DNA of 64,000 bases, taken from the NCBI GenBank assembly GCA_008690995.1, contig VRMN01000008.1, forward strand, positions 124,001 through 188,000, given 5' to 3'. The position numbers and the translations under genes were made by a program. Below, in pieces: positions 50,485-62,549 of this stretch. How positions within the stretch are numbered: the first letter of the stretch is position 1; each line of letters opens with the position of its first letter. This DNA is from Porphyridium purpureum. Its lineage: Eukaryota. The notes beneath the pieces were generated by a model. It was not told where the DNA came from. It did no database searches and was given only the letters and a program-made list of their open reading frames with translations.

Positions 50485-51657
50485 TCATGGCATGGGAAGC
50501 TGCTGCGCCGCGATTTCGTTCTGCACCGCGTGCAGAAAGGCGGTTGCGTAGACCGGCACAGATTTGAACAGGAGGACTTGATCGATGAACGATGGGTGGG
50601 CCGGCTCCAGCCATTCACGCGCGAGGCCGATGAGCAAACCAGTCAGGGCCAATTTGCCATTCAGACGCTCGGCGAAGAGCAAGTACGATCGCGGTAGCCG
50701 GAACTCAAAGCGAATGTCGTCGGCGTAGTCCGCGCTCCGTTTACGCTTGGCTGAGCGCCGTCCGTCGCGCCTGCCTGGAAACTGCTTCGCAGCTGCCTGA
50801 TCGCCGGCCGCCAAGAACTCCACAGTGGATTGCTGCTGCACGAGATCGCGAGCCTCTTCGATGGCTTTGCTCTGCAGGATCGCTTGCTGCATGGGCTCAA
50901 GCTTTTGGTACCAATTCTCGTCACTCCCGCCGTCGCCTTGTGCCACCGAAGCCCGGAATTGAGCGACAATGTCGTCGTACGACTTGCCAGCATAGTCAGC
51001 CTGCAAAACACGCTCGATATCTTTGAGCGTTTTGACGACATCGTCAGGCGAAAAATCGTCCTCGTCCTCGTCTTGCGTCTCGCCTATTGAACTGGATGCA
51101 TCGGAACCAGATACCACTTGCGCGGAACTCTCTACATCCAGCCTGCCTTGCTGCCGAACTGATCGAGAGTCCTGCTTGCGAAGTGCAGCTCGCCGCGGTG
51201 TTGGTGGCGGTGCTGCCAAGGACGAGCGTGATGAAAATCCTAAAAGCCGTCGTGCGCGCGCGAGCCAGCGCGCTTTCCGTCGGCGCGACGACGCTGACAT
51301 GAGAACGATCACAAACGCGGAGATGATGAGACCGGCCAGCACCCACGGAGCCGGAGGCATCACCATCGCGGCAGATGCGAGCGTGCGCTCAGCGAAGCGC
51401 GCTGTGCGCCTCGCGCCGAACTTCATCACTTCGCATGCTCGACATTGAAAAGGTGTCCTTCCACAATTACCAATGGCTCTAGCTTTCACGGACGATTTCG
51501 AAACAAATACTTTTCTAGATCCCGAGTCGCGGGGAGATGGCACGCGCGTGGGCGCCGAGCGACATGTATCCAGAGTAAACGCGCTCGACCCGAATTTCGC
51601 ACTCCTTAAAGGCGCCGCTCTGACGAAGCCAACCGCGCTCGGAGCTGCGCCGCCCAT
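50485..51657 (-). CDS. Plastid membrane protein with a C-terminal LHC-like (HLIP/SEP-type) helix
   Basis: Presequence with AVGFV, a TM helix WVLAGLIISAFVIVLM, and C-terminal FAERLNGKLALTGLLIGLAREW. Confidence 0.7.
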   Translation of the reverse strand: MGGAAPSAVGFVRAAPLRSAKFGSSAFTLDTCRSAPTRVPSPRDSGSRKVFVSKSSVKARAIGNCGRTPFQCRACEVMKFGARRTARFAERTLASAAMVMPPAPWVLAGLIISAFVIVLMSASSRRRKARWLARARRLLGFSSRSSLAAPPPTPRRAALRKQDSRSVRQQGRLDVESSAQVVSGSDASSSIGETQDEDEDDFSPDDVVKTLKDIERVLQADYAGKSYDDIVAQFRASVAQGDGGSDENWYQKLEPMQQAILQSKAIEEARDLVQQQSTVEFLAAGDQAAAKQFPGRRDGRRSAKRKRSADYADDIRFEFRLPRSYLLFAERLNGKLALTGLLIGLAREWLEPAHPSFIDQVLLFKSVPVYATAFLHAVQNEIAAQQLPMP

Positions 51658-52135
51658 CGGTCTCCCGAAGATCTGCGTCCACGATCTGCACGATCCGCGC
51701 ACGAGCACAAAGGGCTGGCGCGGAACGTTCCGACGAGTTACCGCGTAGGTTCTTCTTCTGCGCGAACCTGCGGCTTCGCTGTCTCGGGGCGCAGCAGCCG
51801 CGGGGTGGGTCCAGCGCGTGTACAGTGAGTGTACATTCTCGTCGTACACTTATGCGGTACACTTTTGTGGTACACTTCGGCCTGCTGCCGGGTTGTTATG
51901 TTTGTAGTAAAGTACGCTCATTCTATGATTTGGAACATTCGTGAGGACAAACATAGCACGTGAAGTGTTTTGTGAGCGTGTGTGGATGATAGCGTGGTGG
52001 CGAGCGGTTTCGTGTTACACACGTGCTTTTCGGAGTTCAGCAAACGCACGGTTCGGGTACGTCGCAGACTCACGGCGTGGATGCACATGTCGCCTGGCCG
52101 CTGACTGGGAGAACAGCGCCGCGGTTCGCAAGACC

Positions 52136-53713
52136 ATGCGCATGAGGTGCTTGCCGCGGCGGCGGCAACATCTGAGTGCTGTTTGTCTATGCGCACGGGT
52201 CGTGTTGCTGCTCGCCGCGTGCGTCGCGCTGCTGGCGATCGCGCCGAGCAGCTTTGTGCGCGCGCAGCAAGTGGCTGCAGAGGCACAAAGGAGTGCAGAT
52301 CCGCAAGTCGGGGCCGAAAATGATGCCCTCGCCACACCAAGGGCTAGTCGGGCTCCGGCGGTGTCATCTTTGGATGTTGTGGCGCCTGCGGAAAACGAGG
52401 AGCAGGGCATGGCGCCCGACCCAAACGCATCGTTTGTGACGGCCGCCACAAATGCCTTGCACAGGAGGTCATGGACAAAGATTGTCTCAAGCCTGCCGAC
52501 TCCGCTGCCTCACAGAGCCCCGAAGAAATCTGATGACGCCAAGCCCTTGCCGGAGGGGAGCGTGAGCGCAACGCCCGCTGCGTTTTTGGACGAGCCGGAG
52601 AATGATAGTGAAGCCAACACCTCCGCAGGGGCATCATCTGCCCCACAGAAACAGGCCGGGGCTGGAGAAGCGGGCAATGTGCTCCCGTCCTATGACAAAT
52701 TTGGCGCCATGATCGTAACGAATGACGCCCGCATGCCGCCGTTCTCTATGTACGGCTTCCAAGAGGTACCGGTTCAACCTTACAAGTGCGGCGGGTTTCT
52801 TTGGGTCTTTATGGGACACTGCGGGAGCTCATCCATGATGGAGACACTCGACCGCGTGTTCAATATATCGATCGTGGGGTTTGAGCCGCTCGAGCGTTTT
52901 CGCGAGGAGGTGTGCGCGGAAAAGAACGCGTGCGGTGATCTGAAACAAGAAGTACTAAAGTACTTTATCGAAGGTCGCGAGCAAGGCAAAGTAATCGGGT
53001 TCAAATTGCGCCCATGGACTGTTCACCGCTTCCCGCGCTTTTTCTGGAAGCTGGTACAAGACTTCAACATCTGTGTGGTACATAACGTGCGGCTCAACGT
53101 AGTGGAACAAGAGAGTACACGGTACCGAAGAGAACAGATCGGCATTTCCCAGTTTTCGGTGCTCCGCGGCGCCAAGCCAGACCTGCATACCAAGGTAGCG
53201 TTGCCGAACAAAGATTTGAGCAAAATCATCCGCATGCAGCGAGACAAGTTGCATCGCGGCAAGCCCATCGTGCGTTCGCCCAGTGCCGAGCGTTGGTTCC
53301 GGCACTCGATTATGTGGAAGGAAGATCCTGTACGGCTGGCAAACCTGAGCAGCGAAAACGTGAAAATGATGAGCTGGTCACGTCGTGTCGACCGCGGTGT
53401 GTTTGCGGCTGCCGCGATGCTTGGCCAGAACAAACTCATTCATGTCTCGTACGAGAATTATTTGTACGACCCAGCCACAACCATTGACTACATTGGTGCC
53501 GAGCTCGGCTTTGAGCGCCGCGCGGAAGTCAAGGCCGCCGTTTTGTTCAAGAAGTCGAGCCCCCAAGGACTGTGCAACATTCTGTCCAATTACGCAGAGG
53601 TCTTGAAGGTCATGTCTCACTACGGTGACCTCGTGTGGCTGATGAAAGATCCGCTGAATGGATGCGAGCCACTTCAAGAAACGAGCGCGACAGTGGCAAA
53701 ATCGACAATTTAG
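52136..53713 (+). CDS. Membrane-anchored sulfotransferase-like protein (P-loop, Stf0-like)
   Basis: Signal/anchor plus stem, then GHCGSSSMM (5'PSB-like), GFEPL, VIGFKL, VHNVRLNVVEQ (3'PB-like) and HVSYENYLYDP. Confidence 0.62.
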   Translation: MRMRCLPRRRQHLSAVCLCARVVLLLAACVALLAIAPSSFVRAQQVAAEAQRSADPQVGAENDALATPRASRAPAVSSLDVVAPAENEEQGMAPDPNASFVTAATNALHRRSWTKIVSSLPTPLPHRAPKKSDDAKPLPEGSVSATPAAFLDEPENDSEANTSAGASSAPQKQAGAGEAGNVLPSYDKFGAMIVTNDARMPPFSMYGFQEVPVQPYKCGGFLWVFMGHCGSSSMMETLDRVFNISIVGFEPLERFREEVCAEKNACGDLKQEVLKYFIEGREQGKVIGFKLRPWTVHRFPRFFWKLVQDFNICVVHNVRLNVVEQESTRYRREQIGISQFSVLRGAKPDLHTKVALPNKDLSKIIRMQRDKLHRGKPIVRSPSAERWFRHSIMWKEDPVRLANLSSENVKMMSWSRRVDRGVFAAAAMLGQNKLIHVSYENYLYDPATTIDYIGAELGFERRAEVKAAVLFKKSSPQGLCNILSNYAEVLKVMSHYGDLVWLMKDPLNGCEPLQETSATVAKSTI

Positions 53714-53891
53714 GGAAAGTGAGACTTTTAGATACGGTGCAGTTTTCGTTCTCTTTTTGAAGATTCGTTTTGACTTGGCCCCGTTGGACCCAAAACATTT
53801 CCTGTCGCGGCGTTGCAAAAACCATCTCTTGTTGTCCTTACTTTCAATCACCCCGTGATGCTCTTTTAAACAAATTTTTACATTCACTGAC

Positions 53892-54809
53892 TTAATCATA
53901 CTCATCACTGCTTCCTTGCACAAAGTCGTTCAAAATGTCCTCTTCCTCGGAATCAAGAAATTGTTCCACGAGTCCGGCACGGTCTTCCGGGTCAACACCC
54001 TCGCCGAAAAAGTTGAAAAAGTACCGGGTGACTCGTGCATTGTACTCGTTTGCTTCATCTTTTTGTTGCTCTACGGTGACCGTGAGGTTCTCGTCCTCCA
54101 GAAATGCGTCTGTCCCGCGATGCGGCATGGGAAAGGATGTGTGCAGCACCCAGCAGCTCTGCAGAATAAATCCCCAGTTCGGGTGCCGCGACACTATATA
54201 GCACGGGAATTCATTCACACGTATAAAGGAGCCCTTGCGGCGCACCATGCCACAGCTTGATTCCACGAATCTCCAGCGGAATTGTTGTGTCACGTGCACT
54301 TGTCCACGACCCATGACTCTTCCGTCGCGCCCAAACTTGACGCGGACCGCCTCGCCATCCTCCTGCCACCACGGATCTGTCTCGACCCAGTGCTCGCCTG
54401 CGGCCGCTTTGAAGCGGAAGCTCCATTCAAATCCGACGAGCTCGTCAAGCTCGAGGTATTCTCGCTTTGAGTCTGCGAGGGATTCCCGGTAGGCGTCCAT
54501 TGGCGGGCGGCCGCGGATAGCGTCTTTGATGTACACCTTGTCGCTCCACAGTTTGGCGCACAGTTCCTTCCACAGCAAATTACTGCGCGACGCGGCGTGC
54601 CACGCCTTGCACACGAGCGCTGCCGTGCGGAGCGCAAACGCCTCGACATCCGGCCCACACGCCGCGAACACCTGCACCAGCACCTCCTCCGGCAGCTGCG
54701 CCCAGCTCACCTGAGCGTGCGCCGCCGTCGCCGCGCGGCCCGCAGCGGCCCGTTCTGTGTCGTCGTGTGAGCCCTGCAGGCGTCCCTCGGCTTCACCCAC
54801 ATCTGGCAT
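53892..54809 (-). CDS. F-box protein
   Basis: WAQLPEEVLVQVF...AALVCKAWHAASRSNLLWKELC. Confidence 0.88.
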   Translation of the reverse strand: MPDVGEAEGRLQGSHDDTERAAAGRAATAAHAQVSWAQLPEEVLVQVFAACGPDVEAFALRTAALVCKAWHAASRSNLLWKELCAKLWSDKVYIKDAIRGRPPMDAYRESLADSKREYLELDELVGFEWSFRFKAAAGEHWVETDPWWQEDGEAVRVKFGRDGRVMGRGQVHVTQQFRWRFVESSCGMVRRKGSFIRVNEFPCYIVSRHPNWGFILQSCWVLHTSFPMPHRGTDAFLEDENLTVTVEQQKDEANEYNARVTRYFFNFFGEGVDPEDRAGLVEQFLDSEEEDILNDFVQGSSDEYD

Positions 54810-55238
54810 ACTTGCCGCTTCCTGCTGCTCGGCCCGCAGTGTCCCTCCTTACCCCCCGGCCGGCGTCCACGCGAGCGTCCAATGCGCAGCTGCCGCTTGT
54901 CGTCACGCCAGCTCGCCAGTGCGTGCAGCCCGCTCGCCTCGCTCCACTCGTGTCCCAGCGAAATCGACTCGCCGTTTGCGCCCGCAAATTCGCGGCGCGA
55001 CACAGGACGGCTCACGCAGAACGCACAACCTGGGGTACAGTCGGCACCGCAGACAGCGCGCGGCTTTGGCTGGTCGGTTTGCCCAGGCGCTCGGCGACGC
55101 GGGCAAAGCGCTGCAGCTCTGGCGCAATTGCTCGGATCTCGCCGCGTGGCGCGCTGGCGCGGGTCGGGCATCCGATTTTCCGTGAACAAACTCAATTATT
55201 TTATTGGTCAGGCGTGGCCGTCCCGCGCGCCGGTCAGA

Positions 55239-58200
55239 TCAATCCTTCTTCCCAGGCTTGACGGCGGCGGCTGGCGGCCGCACCGCCGCAACCGCGTCAG
55301 GCACCATCGGAATGTCCACTTGCTCAGGCATCGCACCATCGTTTCCGAAACCGAAATCAATATCTGCATCCATACTATTCCCGAACGGATCTGACTCTTG
55401 GCCATCGGGACCTGGTGTGTCGCCCAGCGGGTCTGGAAACTCTCCGCTTTCTTCACCAAAAGCAGCCGCAAGATCACCAGCGTCGCCATTACCAAACTCA
55501 TCGGCAGCATGCTCAGGTGCTGGCACTTCATCCATGTCCGTGAATCCGGCAAGCGGGTCCGTCTCCGCCGCCTCGGCTTTGGGTACCGCGGGCTCTGCCG
55601 CCACCGCGCTCATGGTCGGAGGTATTATGCTGGCCACCGGCTGCGCTTCTGCTTCTGATACCTGCGCCGCTGACGCCACTTCCGGGGAAATGCCATTCTC
55701 GCTCGATAGGGACATATTTCCAATCAGCTCGGACAGCTCCATAAATACTTCTCCGCGTTTTTGCTTATACGCCGTTGCTGGCATGGATGCACGGTCGCGG
55801 GCGAGCTGCACAGCGACTGACTCGGCATCCACGCTCCCCTGGAAGTCTGGAAACAGCTGCGGGTGGGTCACAGGATCTGCGATGGAATCAGCAATGCGCA
55901 GAGCGTTGTGCTTGCGCAGGTCCATGCGCCACGCATCAATAATAGGGCCCAAGCTGCTTGGCATGTAGGTTCGAGCGAAGATCGCGGCTTCCGCGCAACG
56001 ATTTGTCAGCAGCAGGAGGTCGAGGCACTTACGCGTGTTGCCTGTCATGTAGAAGCACATGAACGCAATGTTAATCTTGCCCGCCGCTTCTGCGCTCTTG
56101 CCCAGCTCGAGCAACTGTTCCTTGTTCGACGCCGCAGCGTACATGGTCAGCAGGCCGGCATAGTCGTTGCATTCTTTCATGCAGTCTGTGGCCAGCACAA
56201 AGTCACCCTTGGTTGTCGCAAGCGACGACAGCTGGCGCCACTTCATTTCGGATGGGTTTTCACGAGCGATTTGCGCCGCAAGTTCCAGTTCGCCAAGTGC
56301 TATGGCAAGCTCGCATCGATAGTCTGGATCGGTCGCGAGCTCCAATGCGCGCTGCTTCATGCCCTGACTATCCAAGAAGCGAGCGACCTTGTTGTGCTCT
56401 GATGCCGGAATTCGCGGCAACACTTTCTCGGCCAACTCGAGCTCACCACGTACGATGGCTGTTTTGAACTCTAACACAGACAACAACAGACTGTAAGAAT
56501 ACACAGCACCAGCTTTGTCGACGAGATATACCCGGTTATCCTTGGGTAGATAACCCAGCAAGTACAACGGGCGGTCCATGTGGGCTAGCGTGGAGAGCTC
56601 CGCGCCGACGCCATAACTCAATCGATTAGACGCGTTTGTGTATAAAAAGCAGTCGCCAACCCATATGCCAGTTAGTACCTTCTCGGCTATCTCATGCTGC
56701 AGGTTAAACGCATCCTCTACGCCCTCTGGATCCAGCTTGCCCCCGCCCGATTCAAACGCGCGATCGACCGCTCCTTGGTCGTAAGAGAGCATGTAAAAGG
56801 ATGTCTCCGACGTGATCACTAGCAGCGCGCCTTCTTCGGACCAAAACACGTTTTGGGCAGCCACATCAATTCGGCGGACGAGCTGCAACGTGTTCCAATC
56901 GTAGAATGCAACAAACTCATCGCTGACAAGGCCCAAGAGACTTCCGCCGCAGATATGGTCCACAGAAAATGCCGGGCGCATCACGTTTCGTTCGTTGAAG
57001 TCCTTTTTGTACACGCGAATTTCTTGTGTGCCGATTTTTGTCGCAAACTCCCCGTTTCCGTTGTCCCACACAATGTCGTCCGCTTGCCCGTATGACTTGT
57101 TGCGCCAAGCCAGCGCGGTGTAGATAATGAACTCGCCGTCACCACATACTGCCACAAAGCGGCCGTTTGGAGAGTGGATAAGCTTTTGGGGATACACTTC
57201 GCAGCTGCCCAGCTCTTTCGCTGGCACGTCCATTTTCTCTCCGTCTGATAGATGGGCCGCGTCGACTTGTCTGACGTTGCTCGTGAAGATCTCATTGTGT
57301 TTCGCAATAATCACCTTTCCGGAGGGATCCATGGAGGCGACGGGCTGATCCTTGCCGAGCATGATGACCACCGTGCCGTTGTCAAAGCCCAGGGCAATAT
57401 TGTTGCTACCCTTCTGGTAGGAAACCGACCAGCACCGATCCAGCGAGTACGACAGCGTGGTTTCCAAGCGGTACGTATTAGAGTGCCACAGATTGACGGT
57501 GGAATCTTCCGATCCAGACAGAATCAGCGGACGATCCGGCAAGAAGGCAACGCACGACACGTTGTGCGAATGCCCTTCCAGCGTCTGCACACAAGCCTTG
57601 GTTTGGTAATCCCAAATCTTCAGCAAGCCGTCATCGCCGCCAGACGCCAAGTATGGCTTATCCGTGCCGTTGTAGTAGTCTACGCAATTGACGCCCTTCT
57701 CGTGCCCTTCCAGCGTAAAATTTGGTACGGGCGAGCTCAAATTCCATACTTTGACAGTATGGTCGAGAGACGCAGACGCGAATGTGTTTGTATCCTTCGG
57801 GTTGAACACAACTTGCATGACATAGTGCGAGTGGTTCTCGTAGATCATGGTGTTGACCCAACCTTTATCCCAGTCCCACAGCTTGATGAGCATGTCATCC
57901 GATGAGGTGAGCAGGTACGGGAGCGTCGGGTGGACCGCGATCGAGCGGATGTAATCCATATGCGCTTCAAAACTGCGCACCTTTTCGCTGGTGTTGTAAT
58001 TGTACACGCGGATGTACATGTCGTCGGAACCGATCACGATCCACTGCTTCCGCGGCACAAATCGACCCGCGCGCACTGGCTGATCCGTAACCTCGAACGA
58101 CTTGACAACAGACTGCGTCTCATAGTTATAGATGAAGACCGTGCCATCGTACAGCGACGCAAGCACCCACGGCTCCGTCGGATGCAAGTCCACGCACTTG

Positions 58201-58253
58201 ACGCGCTCCGAGCGCGCGTTCAGCTTACGCTTCACATCGATCTTCAGCGGCAT
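55239..58253 (-). CDS. SEC27: Coatomer subunit beta' (COPB2/Sec27)
   Basis: RSERVKCVDLHPTEPW, WD40 repeats, GRFVAVCGDGEFIIYTALAWRNKS, then the solenoid region. Confidence 0.97.
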   Translation of the reverse strand: MPLKIDVKRKLNARSERVKCVDLHPTEPWVLASLYDGTVFIYNYETQSVVKSFEVTDQPVRAGRFVPRKQWIVIGSDDMYIRVYNYNTSEKVRSFEAHMDYIRSIAVHPTLPYLLTSSDDMLIKLWDWDKGWVNTMIYENHSHYVMQVVFNPKDTNTFASASLDHTVKVWNLSSPVPNFTLEGHEKGVNCVDYYNGTDKPYLASGGDDGLLKIWDYQTKACVQTLEGHSHNVSCVAFLPDRPLILSGSEDSTVNLWHSNTYRLETTLSYSLDRCWSVSYQKGSNNIALGFDNGTVVIMLGKDQPVASMDPSGKVIIAKHNEIFTSNVRQVDAAHLSDGEKMDVPAKELGSCEVYPQKLIHSPNGRFVAVCGDGEFIIYTALAWRNKSYGQADDIVWDNGNGEFATKIGTQEIRVYKKDFNERNVMRPAFSVDHICGGSLLGLVSDEFVAFYDWNTLQLVRRIDVAAQNVFWSEEGALLVITSETSFYMLSYDQGAVDRAFESGGGKLDPEGVEDAFNLQHEIAEKVLTGIWVGDCFLYTNASNRLSYGVGAELSTLAHMDRPLYLLGYLPKDNRVYLVDKAGAVYSYSLLLSVLEFKTAIVRGELELAEKVLPRIPASEHNKVARFLDSQGMKQRALELATDPDYRCELAIALGELELAAQIARENPSEMKWRQLSSLATTKGDFVLATDCMKECNDYAGLLTMYAAASNKEQLLELGKSAEAAGKINIAFMCFYMTGNTRKCLDLLLLTNRCAEAAIFARTYMPSSLGPIIDAWRMDLRKHNALRIADSIADPVTHPQLFPDFQGSVDAESVAVQLARDRASMPATAYKQKRGEVFMELSELIGNMSLSSENGISPEVASAAQVSEAEAQPVASIIPPTMSAVAAEPAVPKAEAAETDPLAGFTDMDEVPAPEHAADEFGNGDAGDLAAAFGEESGEFPDPLGDTPGPDGQESDPFGNSMDADIDFGFGNDGAMPEQVDIPMVPDAVAAVRPPAAAVKPGKKD

Positions 58254-58858
58254 CGCAAGCGCACGTCTCTACTCTACCTCGCCACCTCTACAACCCCTCG
58301 CCCCTCCCCTCCCTTTGCGGCCCCGCACGCGCGTGTCCGCGTCCCGATCCAGCAACGTGTGCGCCGGGCGCGACCCAGCGCTCCCCCCTTGCACTTCCCG
58401 CGTCAGCTCCAACAACCCAATCCAGCTCCGCGGCCGCGCAATGCTCAGATCTGTACCGCGCCGTACCGCCGCAGCCCCAAACACCCCACGAATCTGTGTC
58501 CCCCTCCCTTTGCTTTCCGTATTCACTCCCCTCACCCTTCAGTGGTCCTCACCCTCTCTGCACCCTTTTCGCACCAGCGCACAAACTACTACCCCTCCTG
58601 CTTGTCATCCTTCCCTTACTCGCCGCGCATTCACTACCAAAGCGCACACGCACTCACACTAGTTCACAATCACTACTAAAACAACCTCGTTTTAATAGAC
58701 ACAACGCGTTTGTCGCGTGGGATTGTGTTTTTTTTTCTTATGGTTTTTCACTAAGTGTTGAGGAGGGACAGCGTCAAAGTTAAAAAAAGACGGATTAAAA
58801 TAATACGATGATTAAGAGATGTTTAACTTAAACAATGGTTTGTTTAGTATCGCTTTTT

Positions 58859-60409
58859 TCACGCACGGCGGTACAGTGCGGCGAGTCGTGCGTCCAAGGC
58901 GTGCGAGACGGTGGTGAGAAGGTCCGGGATTGAAACGCTCAGGGCGTGGCGAGAGCCTTCGGAATGGAAGGTGAGCGCGTAGTATGACATGCCGAGGATG
59001 GTCGCCGTCTCCCAGAACATGATGCGGAAACGGCTGAGCGGGATTAGCTCGATCACGCACGTGGTTGCGCCCGGCACGCCGTAGCGGATCCAGTACAGCG
59101 CGCCGCCGTGCGGCCCAATCACGCAAGCCGCGCGACGCATGAGCGCTATCCCGGCCGTCAGGCTGAGCGGGTCCTTGATCACCACAAGTGTTTCGTTGCG
59201 CCCGCGCTCTTCCAGCACCCGGCGAAGCGCGGGAAGCACCTCGGACGCCTCGTTCAACACGCGGCGCGTGTTCACAGCGGCGCGCGAAAAATACACCACC
59301 GTTTGACGCGGCTCGGAAGGCGGATCACGCTCCGATGCGGACATGGCGAGCTCTCGGAATCGCCACACAAAGAAGGGGTGCACATCCACACTCCGACAGC
59401 TATACACGAGTTCGCGAGCGACCACGCCCGCTTGCGGAAACACGCGCAAATTGGCAGGAAAGCCCAGCCGCGTCGCCAGCTCACTCACGGCACTCGTGTT
59501 CGTTTGATTGCGTTGGCTACCCTTTTCATCTAGTGCGATGCGATGGGTCTGTCTGGGCGCACCCATAAGCATGGCGCGCACGCGGCGGTTGGCGCGCAGG
59601 TGCCAGTTCTGAATCAAAATGTGGGCAACATGGTCTGTGAAATGCTGCCAGGAGTCAAAGTCAGCTGTATGGGCGACGATTAAATGCGCTACTCTGTTCT
59701 CGCGTTCCTTTGCTTCATCGGCACCGCCTCGTGGCGCACTCGTTTGGTATGGCGACCAAAACATGTCGTGGTCTTGCTGGTTAGAAACGAAGCAGCTTGC
59801 GCGTTCGGCGCGAGGGCCGTCGAATTGCCGCCGATTTGCCGCTTGCTGCAGCTCAGGCGGCGTGCGTCCATTGAGGAAAACCAAATTTTGAGCAAACCAA
59901 AAGCCACGATACAGCACCAAGCCAGAAGCCCACTGAACATCCGCATGCGCCCACCATATGCGCGGCGACATCTTGGCATTGGCGACCCAGTCGGCTCGGT
60001 GCTGCTGCGTGTCACGCGTGAAGTGCGGCAAGGTGAGCTGAAAGTCTGGGAAGAGTAGCTGCTCACCATAGAAACCTGGGTGTTCCTCGTAAAGACACGG
60101 CGCCCAGTTGCGCGGCATCCATGACTGACATCGATTCAGCACTATCGGACCCCATCTGCGTATATGATCTGTGTAGCTGGCCGAGACATTCCCACCCAGC
60201 CGCGCATGTAAACGAAATCCGCTTCTCCCGTCCTGTAGCAACCCCGTCCGAGACACCCAGTCGAACGCAGACGCGTACCCAGACGTTTTCGGCGCGATGA
60301 TCGTCGACAATGTCGGGGCGCTCAGTGCGCGGAAAACATAAGTGGGCAAGTTCCATGCCAAGACGCCAAAAACCAAAAACAGGATTGCTTCGAGCGCGAT
60401 ACGCCGCAT
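58859..60409 (-). CDS. Glycosyltransferase family 61 (DUF563), type II membrane protein
   Basis: N-terminal TM, WQHFTDH, YFSR...RRVLNE and VIGPHGGAL...VIEL. Confidence 0.78.
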   Translation of the reverse strand: MRRIALEAILFLVFGVLAWNLPTYVFRALSAPTLSTIIAPKTSGYASAFDWVSRTGLLQDGRSGFRLHARLGGNVSASYTDHIRRWGPIVLNRCQSWMPRNWAPCLYEEHPGFYGEQLLFPDFQLTLPHFTRDTQQHRADWVANAKMSPRIWWAHADVQWASGLVLYRGFWFAQNLVFLNGRTPPELQQAANRRQFDGPRAERASCFVSNQQDHDMFWSPYQTSAPRGGADEAKERENRVAHLIVAHTADFDSWQHFTDHVAHILIQNWHLRANRRVRAMLMGAPRQTHRIALDEKGSQRNQTNTSAVSELATRLGFPANLRVFPQAGVVARELVYSCRSVDVHPFFVWRFRELAMSASERDPPSEPRQTVVYFSRAAVNTRRVLNEASEVLPALRRVLEERGRNETLVVIKDPLSLTAGIALMRRAACVIGPHGGALYWIRYGVPGATTCVIELIPLSRFRIMFWETATILGMSYYALTFHSEGSRHALSVSIPDLLTTVSHALDARLAALYRRA

Positions 60410-60516
60410 GCCGATCCGCGCGAACGACTAAAACCCATTGACCTTTTACCTAACACTTTCATACGGGATGCCTAGCTCACAGATACATTGTGACTGTTTT
60501 GTATGTTTCCTTCGCG

Positions 60517-61734
<1,218 letters not shown>

Positions 61735-61823
61735 TTAATTCCAAATGTAAGATGGGCTTGTTTCGGTTTCTTTTTTCGTTGGGCCTCAACGCGGCATGTG
61801 CCAGTCGCGATGGCTTCGCTGCC

Positions 61824-62213
61824 TCACTTTGAGCTTGCTCCTTCGTCTGGCAGCTGCGCAGCTGCCCTTCGGGACACTGCTTCTGGCACAGGCAGCTGGG
61901 TCGACCCGGCGGGAACCAGGTTGTTTTTCTGCAGCAACAAGAGGGGTCCCGGATCTAGTCCGTTCGCGTTGCAATCCACAATAAACTGCCGACATATATC
62001 TACGGCCTCGTAGCCGCCGCGCGTAGACTTTGCACTCGCATGAGCGTGATCAGAACTCTGCTCTGTACTGACCACTTCTTGACCTTGCTCTCCAGAAATT
62101 CCACCATGCGTTTTCTCCAGGAGCTCCTCACGAACCTGACTTGCGGCTTCACTGCTGTTATGACAAGGCTGCAACGCATCCATTCTCGCATGCTCATTCT
62201 CATTCTCTGCCAT
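61824..62213 (-). CDS. Small acidic hypothetical protein
   Basis: ORF from ATG 62213 (MAENENEH...), downstream of an ACTGTAC cluster. No homology recognised. Confidence 0.3.
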   Translation of the reverse strand: MAENENEHARMDALQPCHNSSEAASQVREELLEKTHGGISGEQGQEVVSTEQSSDHAHASAKSTRGGYEAVDICRQFIVDCNANGLDPGPLLLLQKNNLVPAGSTQLPVPEAVSRRAAAQLPDEGASSK

Positions 62214-62358
62214 GACCCCTCGTGCTAAGTGTCCTTCGATCCCAGGATGCCACTCATGTTCTGTTTCCTGTGTCTGCGTGTCTCCTTCTGCCGTCTGTCG
62301 ATGATCGGCTCCCGCCTTTCGCACACGCTCAGACAAAATGTCACAACCCTACGTATAA

Positions 62359-62410
62359 GTACAGTTCGAGACTGTACTTTGAGGGGAAAGTACAGTTATG
62401 GAGGTACAGT
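62359..62410. promoter_or_regulatory. Cluster of four ACTGTAC/GTACAGT motifs upstream of the mutase gene
   Basis: Copies at 62359, 62371, 62390 and 62404. Confidence 0.55.
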
Positions 62411-62549
62411 TGATGACCGATGACGTGATATGGCGCTGTAAGGCAAATGGCCACATGAGCGCGCGGACGGGAGATAAAGCGCGTGCTGAACATGTGTGCG
62501 TGCGGGTGTGTGGGTTCTTGACAAGCGTGTGTGTCTGAATGCGGGCACC

